From assembly GCA_965208785.1 (NCBI GenBank), contig OZ242356.1:1538929-1602928 (forward strand): a DNA stretch of 64,000 bases. Direction: 5' to 3'. Below the pieces are notes generated by a model. The model saw only the letters and a list, made by a program, of their open reading frames with translations, ran no database searches and was not told where the DNA came from. Source of the stretch: Acidimicrobiales bacterium (GTDB lineage Bacteria; Actinomycetota; Acidimicrobiia; Acidimicrobiales; Bin134). Shown in pieces: positions 39,868 through 48,151 of this stretch. Position numbers and translations under genes: made by a program. The number at the start of each line of letters is the position of its first letter. The stretch's first letter is position 1.

Positions 39868-42005
39868 CCGGCACTCGTCGGCCTCCTCTCACCATGGCCG
39901 ACTTCCACGCCATGAATGTGGAAATGCTGGGCGGTGTGGGCTCAGCCAAGGCCAAGGCGCTGGCTGCGGTGGAGGTGGAGTCAGTGCTCGACCTGTTGAC
40001 CTATTACCCCCGCCGCTACATCGACCGGACCAACCAAGCGGCGATCAGCGATTTGGAAGACGGCGTGGAGGCCATGGTGATGGCCCGGGTGGACAGCGTG
40101 TTCTCCAAGAAGCTCAGGGGCAGCCGCTCAATGGTCGCCGTGGGGGTAAGCGACCAGACCGGGCGGCTGCGGCTGGTGTTCTTCAACCAGCCGTGGCGGG
40201 ACCGCCAGCTCTCCCAGGGCCAGGAGGTGGTGGTGTTCGGGAAGCTGGACCGCTACCGGGGCCAGCATCAGATGACCAACCCCATTGTGGATTTGGTGGG
40301 CGACGAGACCGGGCGCATCGTGCCGGTGTACCCCCAGTCGGGCAAGGCCGGGCTTCAGACCCGGGAGATAAGGCGGTGGGTGGACGAAGCGCTGAGGCGC
40401 TCAGAGCAGCGGGGCATCAGCGACCCGGTCCCCGAGCCCCTGCGGCGGCTTCACAATTTGATCGGACGCCACGAGGCCATCGACGGCATCCATCGCCCGG
40501 AGTCCATGGACGCCCAGTACACCGCCCGGAATCGCCTGGTGTTCGATGAGCTGCTTCGGCTCCAGCTCAAGCTGATCATGCGCAAACGTGCAGTGGAGCA
40601 GTCCGCAGTGGGCATCGGCCACGACACCAGCGGGGAGCTGGTCGGGCGGTTCACCAGATCTCTGGGGTTTCCCCTGACGGGAGCCCAGCGCCGGGTGATC
40701 GGCGAGGTGGTGGCCGACATGGCCCGGCCGGTGCCGATGCACCGCCTTTTGCAGGGCGACGTGGGGGCAGGCAAGACAGTGGTCGCGGTGGCCGCGATGC
40801 TCACCGCGGTGCAGGGAGGCCATCAGGGCGCGCTGATGGCGCCCACCGAGGTGCTGGCCACCCAGCACCATTTGGGGGTCCGGGCTCTGCTTGACGGGCT
40901 GGCCGTGCCCGCGTCCGATTCGCTGTTGGCCGAGCGGCCCCTGCGGGTGGCGCTGCTCACCCATCAAACTGGCGGCGCTGAGCGGACCCAGATAAACGCC
41001 TCGCTGGCCTCGGGGGAGATCGACATCGTGATCGGCACCCATGCCCTTATTCAAGAAGGCGTGGACTTCTCCTCGCTCGGGGTCGTGGTGGTGGACGAGC
41101 AGCACCGCTTCGGCGTGGAGCAGCGGGCTGCGCTCCGCGACAAGGGATCGAGGGCTGTGTCGCCCGACGTGCTGGTGATGACCGCCACTCCCATCCCCCG
41201 AACTGCGGCCATGACCGTGTACGGCGACCTGGACGTGTCCACGCTGGATGAGATGCCCCCGGGGCGAACCCCGATTGCCACCCGATGGGCCCAGACCATG
41301 CCCGAAGAAGCCGAGGTGTGGGAGCAGGTCAGGGCCGAAGTGGAGCGGGGCCGACAGGCATATGTGGTGTGCCCGTTGATCGAGGAGTCCGACAGCATCG
41401 AGGCCCGGTCGGTCACCGAGACCTACGAGCGCCTTCAGGCCCATGAGCTGGCCGGGCTGCGGGTTGGGCTGCTGCACGGCCGGCTCTCCCCTGCTGAGAA
41501 GGAGTCGGTGATGGATCTGTTCCGAAACGGGGCCATCGACGTGCTGGTGGCCACCACCGTGATCGAGGTTGGGGTGGACGTGCCCAATGCCACGATCATG
41601 GTGATCGTGGACGCCGACCGGTTCGGCATCGCGCAGCTTCACCAGCTCAGAGGCCGGGTGGGTCGGGGCGACCAGGAGTCTGCGTGCTGCCTGTTGTCCT
41701 CCGACGCGGTGGGGATCGCCGCCGAGCGGCTTCGGGCTTTGGTGGAGACCACCGACGGGTTCGAGCTGGCCGAGGCCGATTTGGAACTGCGGGGGGAGGG
41801 CACCATCTTGGGCGAGCGCCAAAAGGGCCGAAGCGACTTGCAGCTTGCCTCCCTGCGCCGGGACAAGGATTGGGTGGTGTGGGCCCGTCAAGCCGCCGGG
41901 GAGATGCTGGATGCCGACCCCCACCTCCAACAGCACGCCGAGCTGCGGGCGGAAGTGGATCTGCTGCTGGTGGATGACGATGCCGACTACCTCATGAAGA
42001 GCTGA
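39864..42005 (+). CDS. recG: ATP-dependent DNA helicase RecG
   Basis: Wedge domain followed by helicase motifs GDVGAGKT and VVDEQHRFGV, with a conserved C-terminal RGxGxxxGxxQSG-like segment. The start overlaps the yloV stop (ATGA). Confidence 0.95.
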   Translation: MTGTRRPPLTMADFHAMNVEMLGGVGSAKAKALAAVEVESVLDLLTYYPRRYIDRTNQAAISDLEDGVEAMVMARVDSVFSKKLRGSRSMVAVGVSDQTGRLRLVFFNQPWRDRQLSQGQEVVVFGKLDRYRGQHQMTNPIVDLVGDETGRIVPVYPQSGKAGLQTREIRRWVDEALRRSEQRGISDPVPEPLRRLHNLIGRHEAIDGIHRPESMDAQYTARNRLVFDELLRLQLKLIMRKRAVEQSAVGIGHDTSGELVGRFTRSLGFPLTGAQRRVIGEVVADMARPVPMHRLLQGDVGAGKTVVAVAAMLTAVQGGHQGALMAPTEVLATQHHLGVRALLDGLAVPASDSLLAERPLRVALLTHQTGGAERTQINASLASGEIDIVIGTHALIQEGVDFSSLGVVVVDEQHRFGVEQRAALRDKGSRAVSPDVLVMTATPIPRTAAMTVYGDLDVSTLDEMPPGRTPIATRWAQTMPEEAEVWEQVRAEVERGRQAYVVCPLIEESDSIEARSVTETYERLQAHELAGLRVGLLHGRLSPAEKESVMDLFRNGAIDVLVATTVIEVGVDVPNATIMVIVDADRFGIAQLHQLRGRVGRGDQESACCLLSSDAVGIAAERLRALVETTDGFELAEADLELRGEGTILGERQKGRSDLQLASLRRDKDWVVWARQAAGEMLDADPHLQQHAELRAEVDLLLVDDDADYLMKS

Positions 42006-42021
42006 CACCCTGGGAGGCGGC

Positions 42022-42654
42022 GTGTTGGAAATTGTGCGAATGGGCCTGGAGAGGAGGGAGCAGATCGCGGCCGTCTGGGCTGATGCCTTCGAGCCAGATC
42101 CGCTGATGAGATGGGTGTTCCCGGATGACTCCACCCGAGTGACGTCGTTGAGGAGGTGGTGGGGATTCTCACTGGACCATCAGCCCCCCGGCGCCGAGCT
42201 CCACGGAACCAGGGCCGACGGCTGTGCCGCCTACTGGCAGCCGCCCCAGAACGCTGCGGACTCGTCAGCGGAACCCGATGGGGCCGGTGGCGGCGAGTCG
42301 GATGGGCGAAAGGCGTTTGTCGCCCTGATGGCCGACCTGCTGGGCGATCTGGCGCCGTCTCGGATGGAGGCCCTGGGCACGATGCATCAGGCCCGCCTGG
42401 CCGAGCCCCACTGGTATCTGGCGGTGCTGGGCACGTCGCCCGGCCAGCAGGGCCGGGGGCTGGGCAGCAAGGTGCTGGCGCCGATGCTGGAGCGCTGCGA
42501 CCGGGTCGGCATGCTTGCCTATCTGGAGTCCAGCAATCCGGCCAATGTGGGCTTTTATCGGCGCCACGGCTTCGAGCCGCACGACGAGTTCGTCTTGGGC
42601 GACGGGGTGCTCATCACCCCGATGTCCCGAGTGCCCCAGTCTCCAGGGGGCTGA
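42022..42654 (+). CDS. GNAT-family N-acetyltransferase
   Basis: QGRGLGSKVL (the Q/RxxGxG/A acetyl-CoA motif) and a C-terminal YRRHGF. Confidence 0.7.
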   Translation: MLEIVRMGLERREQIAAVWADAFEPDPLMRWVFPDDSTRVTSLRRWWGFSLDHQPPGAELHGTRADGCAAYWQPPQNAADSSAEPDGAGGGESDGRKAFVALMADLLGDLAPSRMEALGTMHQARLAEPHWYLAVLGTSPGQQGRGLGSKVLAPMLERCDRVGMLAYLESSNPANVGFYRRHGFEPHDEFVLGDGVLITPMSRVPQSPGG

Positions 42655-42660
42655 GCTGCT

Positions 42661-43185
42661 GTGTCGCTGCGGATCGTTGCCGGGGAGGCCCGGGGCCGTC
42701 GGCTGATGGCCCCGGAGGGCATGGACGTGCGTCCTTCCACCAGCAGGGTTCGAGAGGCGGTGTTCAACTCGCTGCACAGCCTGGGCCGGCTGGAGGGCGC
42801 CGACGTCTTGGACCTGTTCGCCGGAACGGGGGCGCTGGGGTTGGAAGCCCTGTCGCGGGGTGCGGACTCGGCCACGTTTGTGGAGTGCGCGCCCCCGGCG
42901 CTGGCCGCGTTGAGGGCCAACATCGACGCGGTGGGCTTCGACCGCCGCTGCCGGGTCGTGCCCGGCGACGTCATGGCGGAGCTGCCCCGGCTGAGCGGCG
43001 ACTACGGCGTGGCACTGTGCGATCCGCCCTACCGGTTCGACGCCTGGCCCGATCTTTTGGCCCGAATCCCCGCAGAAGTGCTGGTGGCCGAGTCTGGTCA
43101 GGCCGTGGTTCTCGGCCCCGAATGGGATGTCGTCAAACAGCAGCGCTACGCGGGTACCGTTGTGGTGATCGCCTGCCGGCGCTAG
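42661..43185 (+). CDS. rsmD: 16S rRNA (guanine966-N2)-methyltransferase
   Basis: LRIVAGEARGRRL...RPSTSRVREAVFN...DLFAGTGALGLEALSRGA...DPPY. Confidence 0.85.
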   Translation: MSLRIVAGEARGRRLMAPEGMDVRPSTSRVREAVFNSLHSLGRLEGADVLDLFAGTGALGLEALSRGADSATFVECAPPALAALRANIDAVGFDRRCRVVPGDVMAELPRLSGDYGVALCDPPYRFDAWPDLLARIPAEVLVAESGQAVVLGPEWDVVKQQRYAGTVVVIACRR

Positions 43186-43212
43186 CAACGACAGACCACA
43201 GGAGTATCCCCG

Positions 43213-43692
43213 GTGACGCGTGTCCTGTTTCCCGGATCGTTCGATCCCATACACAACGGGCATATGGAGATCGTGGAGACCGCGGCGCGCCTGTTCGAAG
43301 AAGTAATCGTGGCTGCGGTACACAACCCCCAGAAGACTCCGCTGTTCGAGCTGGGTGAGCGTCAGGCGATTTTGGACGAGTGCTTTGCCCACCTGCCCAA
43401 TGTGCGGACCACCGAGTTCGCCGGCTTGGTGGTGGATCTGGCCAAGAAAGAGGGGGTCGATTTCATCGTCAAAGGCCTCCGGGCGGTTTCCGATTTCGAG
43501 AACGAGCTCCAGATGGCCCAGATGAACCTGGCCATTTCCGGGGTCCATACGCTGTTCATCCCCTCAGCCAGCAAGCATTCGTTCTTGGCTTCCAAGCTGA
43601 TCCGGGAGCTGGCCCGATTCGGGCAGCAGATTGACTCCATGGTCCCCTTACCGGTGGCCAAACGACTTATCGAGAGGTATCGAGATGACTGA
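43213..43692 (+). CDS. coaD: Pantetheine-phosphate adenylyltransferase
   Basis: FPGSFDPIHNGHMEIV (HxGH), RAVSDFE and ISSSLIRE-like (ASKLIRELA) motifs. Confidence 0.9.
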   Translation: MTRVLFPGSFDPIHNGHMEIVETAARLFEEVIVAAVHNPQKTPLFELGERQAILDECFAHLPNVRTTEFAGLVVDLAKKEGVDFIVKGLRAVSDFENELQMAQMNLAISGVHTLFIPSASKHSFLASKLIRELARFGQQIDSMVPLPVAKRLIERYRDD

Positions 43693-44275
43693 CGCCGATC
43701 GCAATACCACCGCAACCCACCACTCGGTGGCCGGGACGTTCGTGGACCCCGAGTTCGATCTTCTGCTGCGGCGGGCAATCGAGCTGGTGGACGCGGCCCG
43801 TCCCATGCCGCTGTCGGCATCCTCCATGATCAACAAGGACGAGATCTTGGAACTGCTTCAGAACTGCTTGAACCGGCTGCCCGAGGAGATCCGGGCCGCC
43901 CGCTGGCTGCTGAAGGAGCGAGAGGATTTCCTGAAGAGGGTCCACCGGGAGGGAGACGAGATATTGGTGGCCGCCCGATCGCAGGCTGAGACGATGGTGC
44001 AGCGCACGGAGGTGGTCAAGGCGGCCGAACAGCGGGCCCGGCGCATGGTGGAGGAAGCCGAAGCCACTGCCCGCAGGCTGCGGCATGAAACCGAGGACTA
44101 CTGCGACACCAAGCTGGGAAGCTTCGAGAACGCCCTTGAGCGGATCCTGAACACGGTGAAGGAGGCCCGGACTCGGCTTCAAGGCGACCCGCTGGCCGAT
44201 CTGGTTCGGGCTTACGGCCCCGAGCCGGAACCGGCGCCCGACGATGGCTTCTTCGATCAGGACACATCAAGCTGA
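43685..44275 (+). CDS. Coiled-coil protein (ATP-synthase-b/DivIVA-like), function unknown
   Basis: ATG 43685 overlaps the coaD stop. The charged heptad-like sequence is LKEREDFLKRVHREGDEILVAARSQAETMVQRTEVVKAAEQRARRMVEEAE. It holds the conserved slot between coaD and yceD. Confidence 0.5.
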   Translation: MTDADRNTTATHHSVAGTFVDPEFDLLLRRAIELVDAARPMPLSASSMINKDEILELLQNCLNRLPEEIRAARWLLKEREDFLKRVHREGDEILVAARSQAETMVQRTEVVKAAEQRARRMVEEAEATARRLRHETEDYCDTKLGSFENALERILNTVKEARTRLQGDPLADLVRAYGPEPEPAPDDGFFDQDTSS

Positions 44276-44310
44276 TCTTCGAGAGGAGAGGCTGTGACGA
44301 GCAAGCTGCC

Positions 44311-44808
44311 ATGACAAGCGATCTGAAGGTGCCGGTTGCGGAACTGCTGCGCCGACCCGGCTCGCTCCGCGAGCTCTCGGTTCACGTTGACGTCGATGGC
44401 TGGGCCAACTCTGATGCCGCGGTTCACGGTCCGGTTGGCATCCAACTCCAACTGGAGTCGATCATCAGCGGACTGGAGGTAACCGGCTCACTGGAAGCAG
44501 GTTGGCGCGGCTCGTGCCGGAGGTGCTTGGAGCCCGTTGAGCAGACTGTGCGGCAGGACCTGCGTGAGATATTCAGCACCGCCCCGGCCGATGAGGAGAC
44601 TTACCCGATACAAAACGGTGAAGTAGACCTGACCCCCATGGTTCGCGACTGCCTGGTGCTCGCCCTGCCCATTGCCCCGCTCTGCTCTGAGGAATGCGTC
44701 GGGCCGGCACCCGATGCCTATCCCATGAACCAGCCTGAGCCTTCTCCCGAAGACCGTCCCAGAGACCCCCGCTGGGCTGCGTTAGACGCGCTGCGCGCCG
44801 GCAAGTAG
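44311..44808 (+). CDS. yceD: YceD/DUF177 family protein (large ribosomal subunit accumulation)
   Basis: Internal CRRCLEPV and C-terminal DPRWAAL motifs. Located immediately upstream of rpmF. Confidence 0.8.
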   Translation: MTSDLKVPVAELLRRPGSLRELSVHVDVDGWANSDAAVHGPVGIQLQLESIISGLEVTGSLEAGWRGSCRRCLEPVEQTVRQDLREIFSTAPADEETYPIQNGEVDLTPMVRDCLVLALPIAPLCSEECVGPAPDAYPMNQPEPSPEDRPRDPRWAALDALRAGK

Positions 44809-44878
44809 ATTTGTTCGTTGCGTTCGCGCCGCCTCTGATCAGGGCGCGGCATTCTTCCTCAACGTGTAGGACTGTGCG

Positions 44879-45058
44879 ATGGCTGTACCCAAGAAGAAGA
44901 CATCCAAGGCCAAAGGCCGCAGCCGCCGGGCATCGGCTTGGCGCCTGGCCGCTCCGGCGCAAAGCACCTGCCCTCGGTGCGGGGCGCCCAAGCGGCCGCA
45001 CCGGGTTTGCAGGGAATGCGGCTGGTATGCAGGTCGTGAAGCCGTTGAGGTGGCCTAG
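44879..45058 (+). CDS. rpmF: 50S ribosomal protein L32
   Basis: My own translation: [59 protein letters not shown] (59 aa, zinc-ribbon CxxC...CxxC). It is below the track's length cut-off. Confidence 0.9.
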   Translation: MAVPKKKTSKAKGRSRRASAWRLAAPAQSTCPRCGAPKRPHRVCRECGWYAGREAVEVA

Positions 45059-45097
45059 GCCGCTCTGCCCAGACCTCTCGAAGGGCGCCTTTCGGAA

Positions 45098-46087
45098 TTG
45101 CTTCCGGTTGCAGTAGACGCAATGGGGGGCGACGATGCCCCTCGGTCGGTGATCGCCGGGGCCCGACTCGCCGCCGAGCGGGGCATTCCCGTGCTTTTGG
45201 TGGGCCAGCCCGAGCGGCTTGGCGAGGGCCGCGGCCTCGAGGTGGTTCCCGCGTCGCAGGTGATCGAGATGGGCGCCGAGGCGGCGGCCAGCGTGCGGAA
45301 GATGAAGGACTCTTCTGTGGTGCGGGCCGCCGAAGCGGTGCGCGACCGACGGGCCTCGGCCATGGTCAGCGCCGGCAACACCGGAGCGGCCATGGCGGCA
45401 TCGCTGCTCAAGATGGGGCGAATCCGGGGAGTGGCCCGCCCGGCCATTGCCACGCCGATAATTGTGCCCGGCCGGGCTTGGCCCAACGTGATGCTGGATG
45501 CGGGGGCCAACACGGAGTGCAGCGCCGAGTGGCTGGTGCAGTTCGCCCAAATGGGCGCGGTGTACTGCCACGACCGGTGGGGGGTTCAAAAGCCCCGGGT
45601 GGGGCTCTTGTCCAATGGGGAGGAGGCCGGCAAGGGCTCGCCCCTGGTCAAGCAGGCATTCGAGCTGCTGGGCGATCGGGATTGGCAGACTCGCACCGGC
45701 GCGGTGTTCGCGGGCAATGTGGAGGGGCGGGACTTGCTGGAAGACCTGGTGGATGTGATCGTCACCGACGGATTCACCGGGAATGTGGCCCTGAAAACAG
45801 CCGAAGGGGTGGCCAAGCAGTTGATCGCTGCGCTGTTGGGGGCGCTCGATTCCTCTGAGGAAGCTCGGGAGGGGGCCAGGCTCCTCGCCCCGGCACTGGC
45901 CCCGCTCTACGACGAGTTCAACCCCGACTCCGTGGGCGGCGCCATCCTCTTGGGGGTGAACGGCGTCAGCATCATCAGCCACGGTGCTTCGTCGCCAAAG
46001 GCGCTGGCCAACGCCATACAAGTGGCCCACGAGCTGGCTGAGCGCGACACCGTGGGCTCACTGCGCCGGATTCTGCGTACGGAGTAG
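45098..46087 (+). CDS. plsX: Phosphate acyltransferase PlsX
   Basis: VAVDAMGGDDAP N-terminus and GFTGNVALKTAEG motif. Confidence 0.9.
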   Translation: MLPVAVDAMGGDDAPRSVIAGARLAAERGIPVLLVGQPERLGEGRGLEVVPASQVIEMGAEAAASVRKMKDSSVVRAAEAVRDRRASAMVSAGNTGAAMAASLLKMGRIRGVARPAIATPIIVPGRAWPNVMLDAGANTECSAEWLVQFAQMGAVYCHDRWGVQKPRVGLLSNGEEAGKGSPLVKQAFELLGDRDWQTRTGAVFAGNVEGRDLLEDLVDVIVTDGFTGNVALKTAEGVAKQLIAALLGALDSSEEAREGARLLAPALAPLYDEFNPDSVGGAILLGVNGVSIISHGASSPKALANAIQVAHELAERDTVGSLRRILRTE

Positions 46088-46217
46088 CAGTACCCGCGGG
46101 CTTCTGGGCGCCCAGTGGTTAGGAACGAGAAAAAGCTGGCCTATACTCTTCGGGCGCCGTTTGCTGAACAGCCTCGGAGAAGCCGTGCCATCCGAAACCC
46201 ATGTTGAACAGAGCCCG

Positions 46218-46484
46218 ATGGATCGTGAGGAAGTGCTGTCCCTCGTCCGGGAGTGCCTGGCCGACATCTTGGAGATATCCCCCGACCGCATCACGGAAGG
46301 CCAGGCATTCTCCGATGACCTCGACGCTGATTCTCTTGCCCTTATCGAGCTGGTGGAAACCCTGGAAGAGGAGTTGAGCGAGAGGACGGTGGGGTTCAGC
46401 ATCGACGACGAGGATTTGGAGGATCTCAAGACGGTGCGCGATGCCGTCGACTACGTCCACGGCCGGCTGAGCCGAAGCTCCTGA
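46218..46484 (+). CDS. acpP: Acyl carrier protein
   Basis: DLDADSLALIELV (DSL phosphopantetheine site). ATG 46218 lies within track ORF 45984-46484. Confidence 0.85.
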   Translation: MDREEVLSLVRECLADILEISPDRITEGQAFSDDLDADSLALIELVETLEEELSERTVGFSIDDEDLEDLKTVRDAVDYVHGRLSRSS

Positions 46485-47182
46485 CTGCCGAAGCCGACTT
46501 CGCCGCGCTGGCCGAGCGCCTCGGCTACGCGTTCAAGCAGCCCAGCCTGCTTGTGGAGGCACTGACTCATCGTTCATGGTGCGCCGACCATGAGGGAGTA
46601 TCGTCCAACGAGCGGCTGGAGTTCCTGGGCGATGCCGTGCTGGCGTTGGCGGTGACCGACCACATTTATGCCGCCTACCCTGAAATGGCCGAGGGCCAGC
46701 TCGCCCCGCTGCGTGCCGAGGTGGTCCGAGCCGAAGCGCTGGCTGATCTCGCCGTTGAGCTTCGGGTGGGGGAGGCCCTGCGGCTTGGCCGTGGTGAAGA
46801 CGGATCCTGTGGCAGGGAAAAGCTGTCTATTCTCTCCGATGCCATGGAGGCGGTGATCGGCGCCGTCTACCTGGATGCTTCTTGGGAGGTGCTGGTTGAT
46901 CTGGTCGGGGAGTGGCTGGCCGACCGGATTGCCATTGCAGCCCAAGGTCCCGGCGTGCGGGACTTCAAGACCCGGTTGCAGGAGCACTGCGCTAGGAACA
47001 AGCAGGATGCGCCCGAGTATCGTCTTACCGGGAAGGGCCCTGACCACGAGAAGCGGTTTTTTGCCGTTGTTCATGTGGACGGCAAAGAGAGAGGACGAGG
47101 CGAGGGCAGATCGAAGAAGCAAGCAGAGCAGGCCGCGGCCGCCTCCGCTTTGCGAACCCTGACGACCGCAACCACCGGATGA
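46481..47182 (+). CDS. rnc: Ribonuclease III
   Basis: ERLEFLGDAVL signature plus a C-terminal dsRBD (KTRLQEHC...KKQAEQAAAASAL). Similarity to the RNase III N-terminus (LAERLGYAFKQPSLLVEALTHRSW) extends upstream of GTG 46553. The only upstream in-frame candidate is CTG 46481, which overlaps the acpP stop. Confidence 0.85.
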   Translation: MTAEADFAALAERLGYAFKQPSLLVEALTHRSWCADHEGVSSNERLEFLGDAVLALAVTDHIYAAYPEMAEGQLAPLRAEVVRAEALADLAVELRVGEALRLGRGEDGSCGREKLSILSDAMEAVIGAVYLDASWEVLVDLVGEWLADRIAIAAQGPGVRDFKTRLQEHCARNKQDAPEYRLTGKGPDHEKRFFAVVHVDGKERGRGEGRSKKQAEQAAAASALRTLTTATTG

Positions 47183-47222
47183 GCCTCATGACCCCGACGA
47201 CAGGAGCCGACCCATGATCGCC

Positions 47223-48059
47223 TTGCCGGAAGTCGAGACCATCCGACGCGATTTGGACAGAGAGCTGTCTGGTCTTCGCGTCAAGTCTGTGGAAGTCATG
47301 AACACCCAGGTGGCGAAGCGGTCAGGGGGGGCGAAGAAGTTCGCCGACCGTCTGGAGAAGGCGAAGATAACCGGTGTGCGCCGCCGTGGCCTGCACTTGA
47401 TCATGGGCATGGACAGCGAGGATGTGATCGTGGTCCATTTGGGAAGCGGCGGTCAGCTTCGGCGCCACGCCAACAGAGACCAGTTGGCGCCCGACACGGC
47501 GCTGTCCATCACTTTTACCAAGAGCGGCCAGCTTCGGCTTGTCGACGGGGTCGGCGACGCCGCGCTGTTCCTGGCCAGTGCCGAGAAGTTGGCCGAGGAG
47601 GTCCCCGAGCTGGAAGGACTGGGCATAGACCCTCTCGACCAGCCGGTGCCGTGGCGGATTTTCGGCCAGATTCTCTTGGCTCAGGATGCCAAGCTGAAGG
47701 CGGTGCTGACCGATGACCGGGTGGTGGTCGGACTGGGTGAGATGTACTCCGACGAGATCCTGTTCGCGGCCGGCCTGCGGTACGACCGCATGACCAACTC
47801 GTTGGGGCCCCAAGAGGTTCGCCGGCTGCACCGGGCGATGGTGGAGACCCTGCACGATGCGGCCAAGCATCGGGGCGCCACGCTGGAAGACGGGCTCTAC
47901 GCGGATGTACACGGTCAGCCGGGCGGCTATGAGGAGTACATCAACGTGTTCAAGCAGGCGGGAAAGAACGGGCGCCCCTGTCCCCGCTGCCACCGCCCGA
48001 TCCAGAAGTACCGCTTCCGCCGCCGCTGGACGTACTACTGCGAGCAGTGCCAGATATGA
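47223..48059 (+). CDS. mutM: Formamidopyrimidine-DNA glycosylase
   Basis: TTG 47223 yields M-PEVETIRR, placing the catalytic Pro at position 2. ATG 47214 would bury it. C-terminal zinc finger CPRCHRPI...YYCEQCQ. Confidence 0.85.
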   Translation: MPEVETIRRDLDRELSGLRVKSVEVMNTQVAKRSGGAKKFADRLEKAKITGVRRRGLHLIMGMDSEDVIVVHLGSGGQLRRHANRDQLAPDTALSITFTKSGQLRLVDGVGDAALFLASAEKLAEEVPELEGLGIDPLDQPVPWRIFGQILLAQDAKLKAVLTDDRVVVGLGEMYSDEILFAAGLRYDRMTNSLGPQEVRRLHRAMVETLHDAAKHRGATLEDGLYADVHGQPGGYEEYINVFKQAGKNGRPCPRCHRPIQKYRFRRRWTYYCEQCQI

Positions 48060-48151
48060 CCGCCATGGCCGTTGCGTTCGGTTGGATTTCGGTTGGATGA
48101 GGTGGGAGCAGTTCCGCTATTCGCGGCCCCCGGCTGGGTAGGGTCGAATGA

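Noticed and set aside
48077-48098. 11-nt tandem repeat ttcggttggat x2 in the mutM-smc spacer.
   Set aside because: It is too short to distinguish from chance in isolation. It is mentioned only as consistent with the general duplication tendency.
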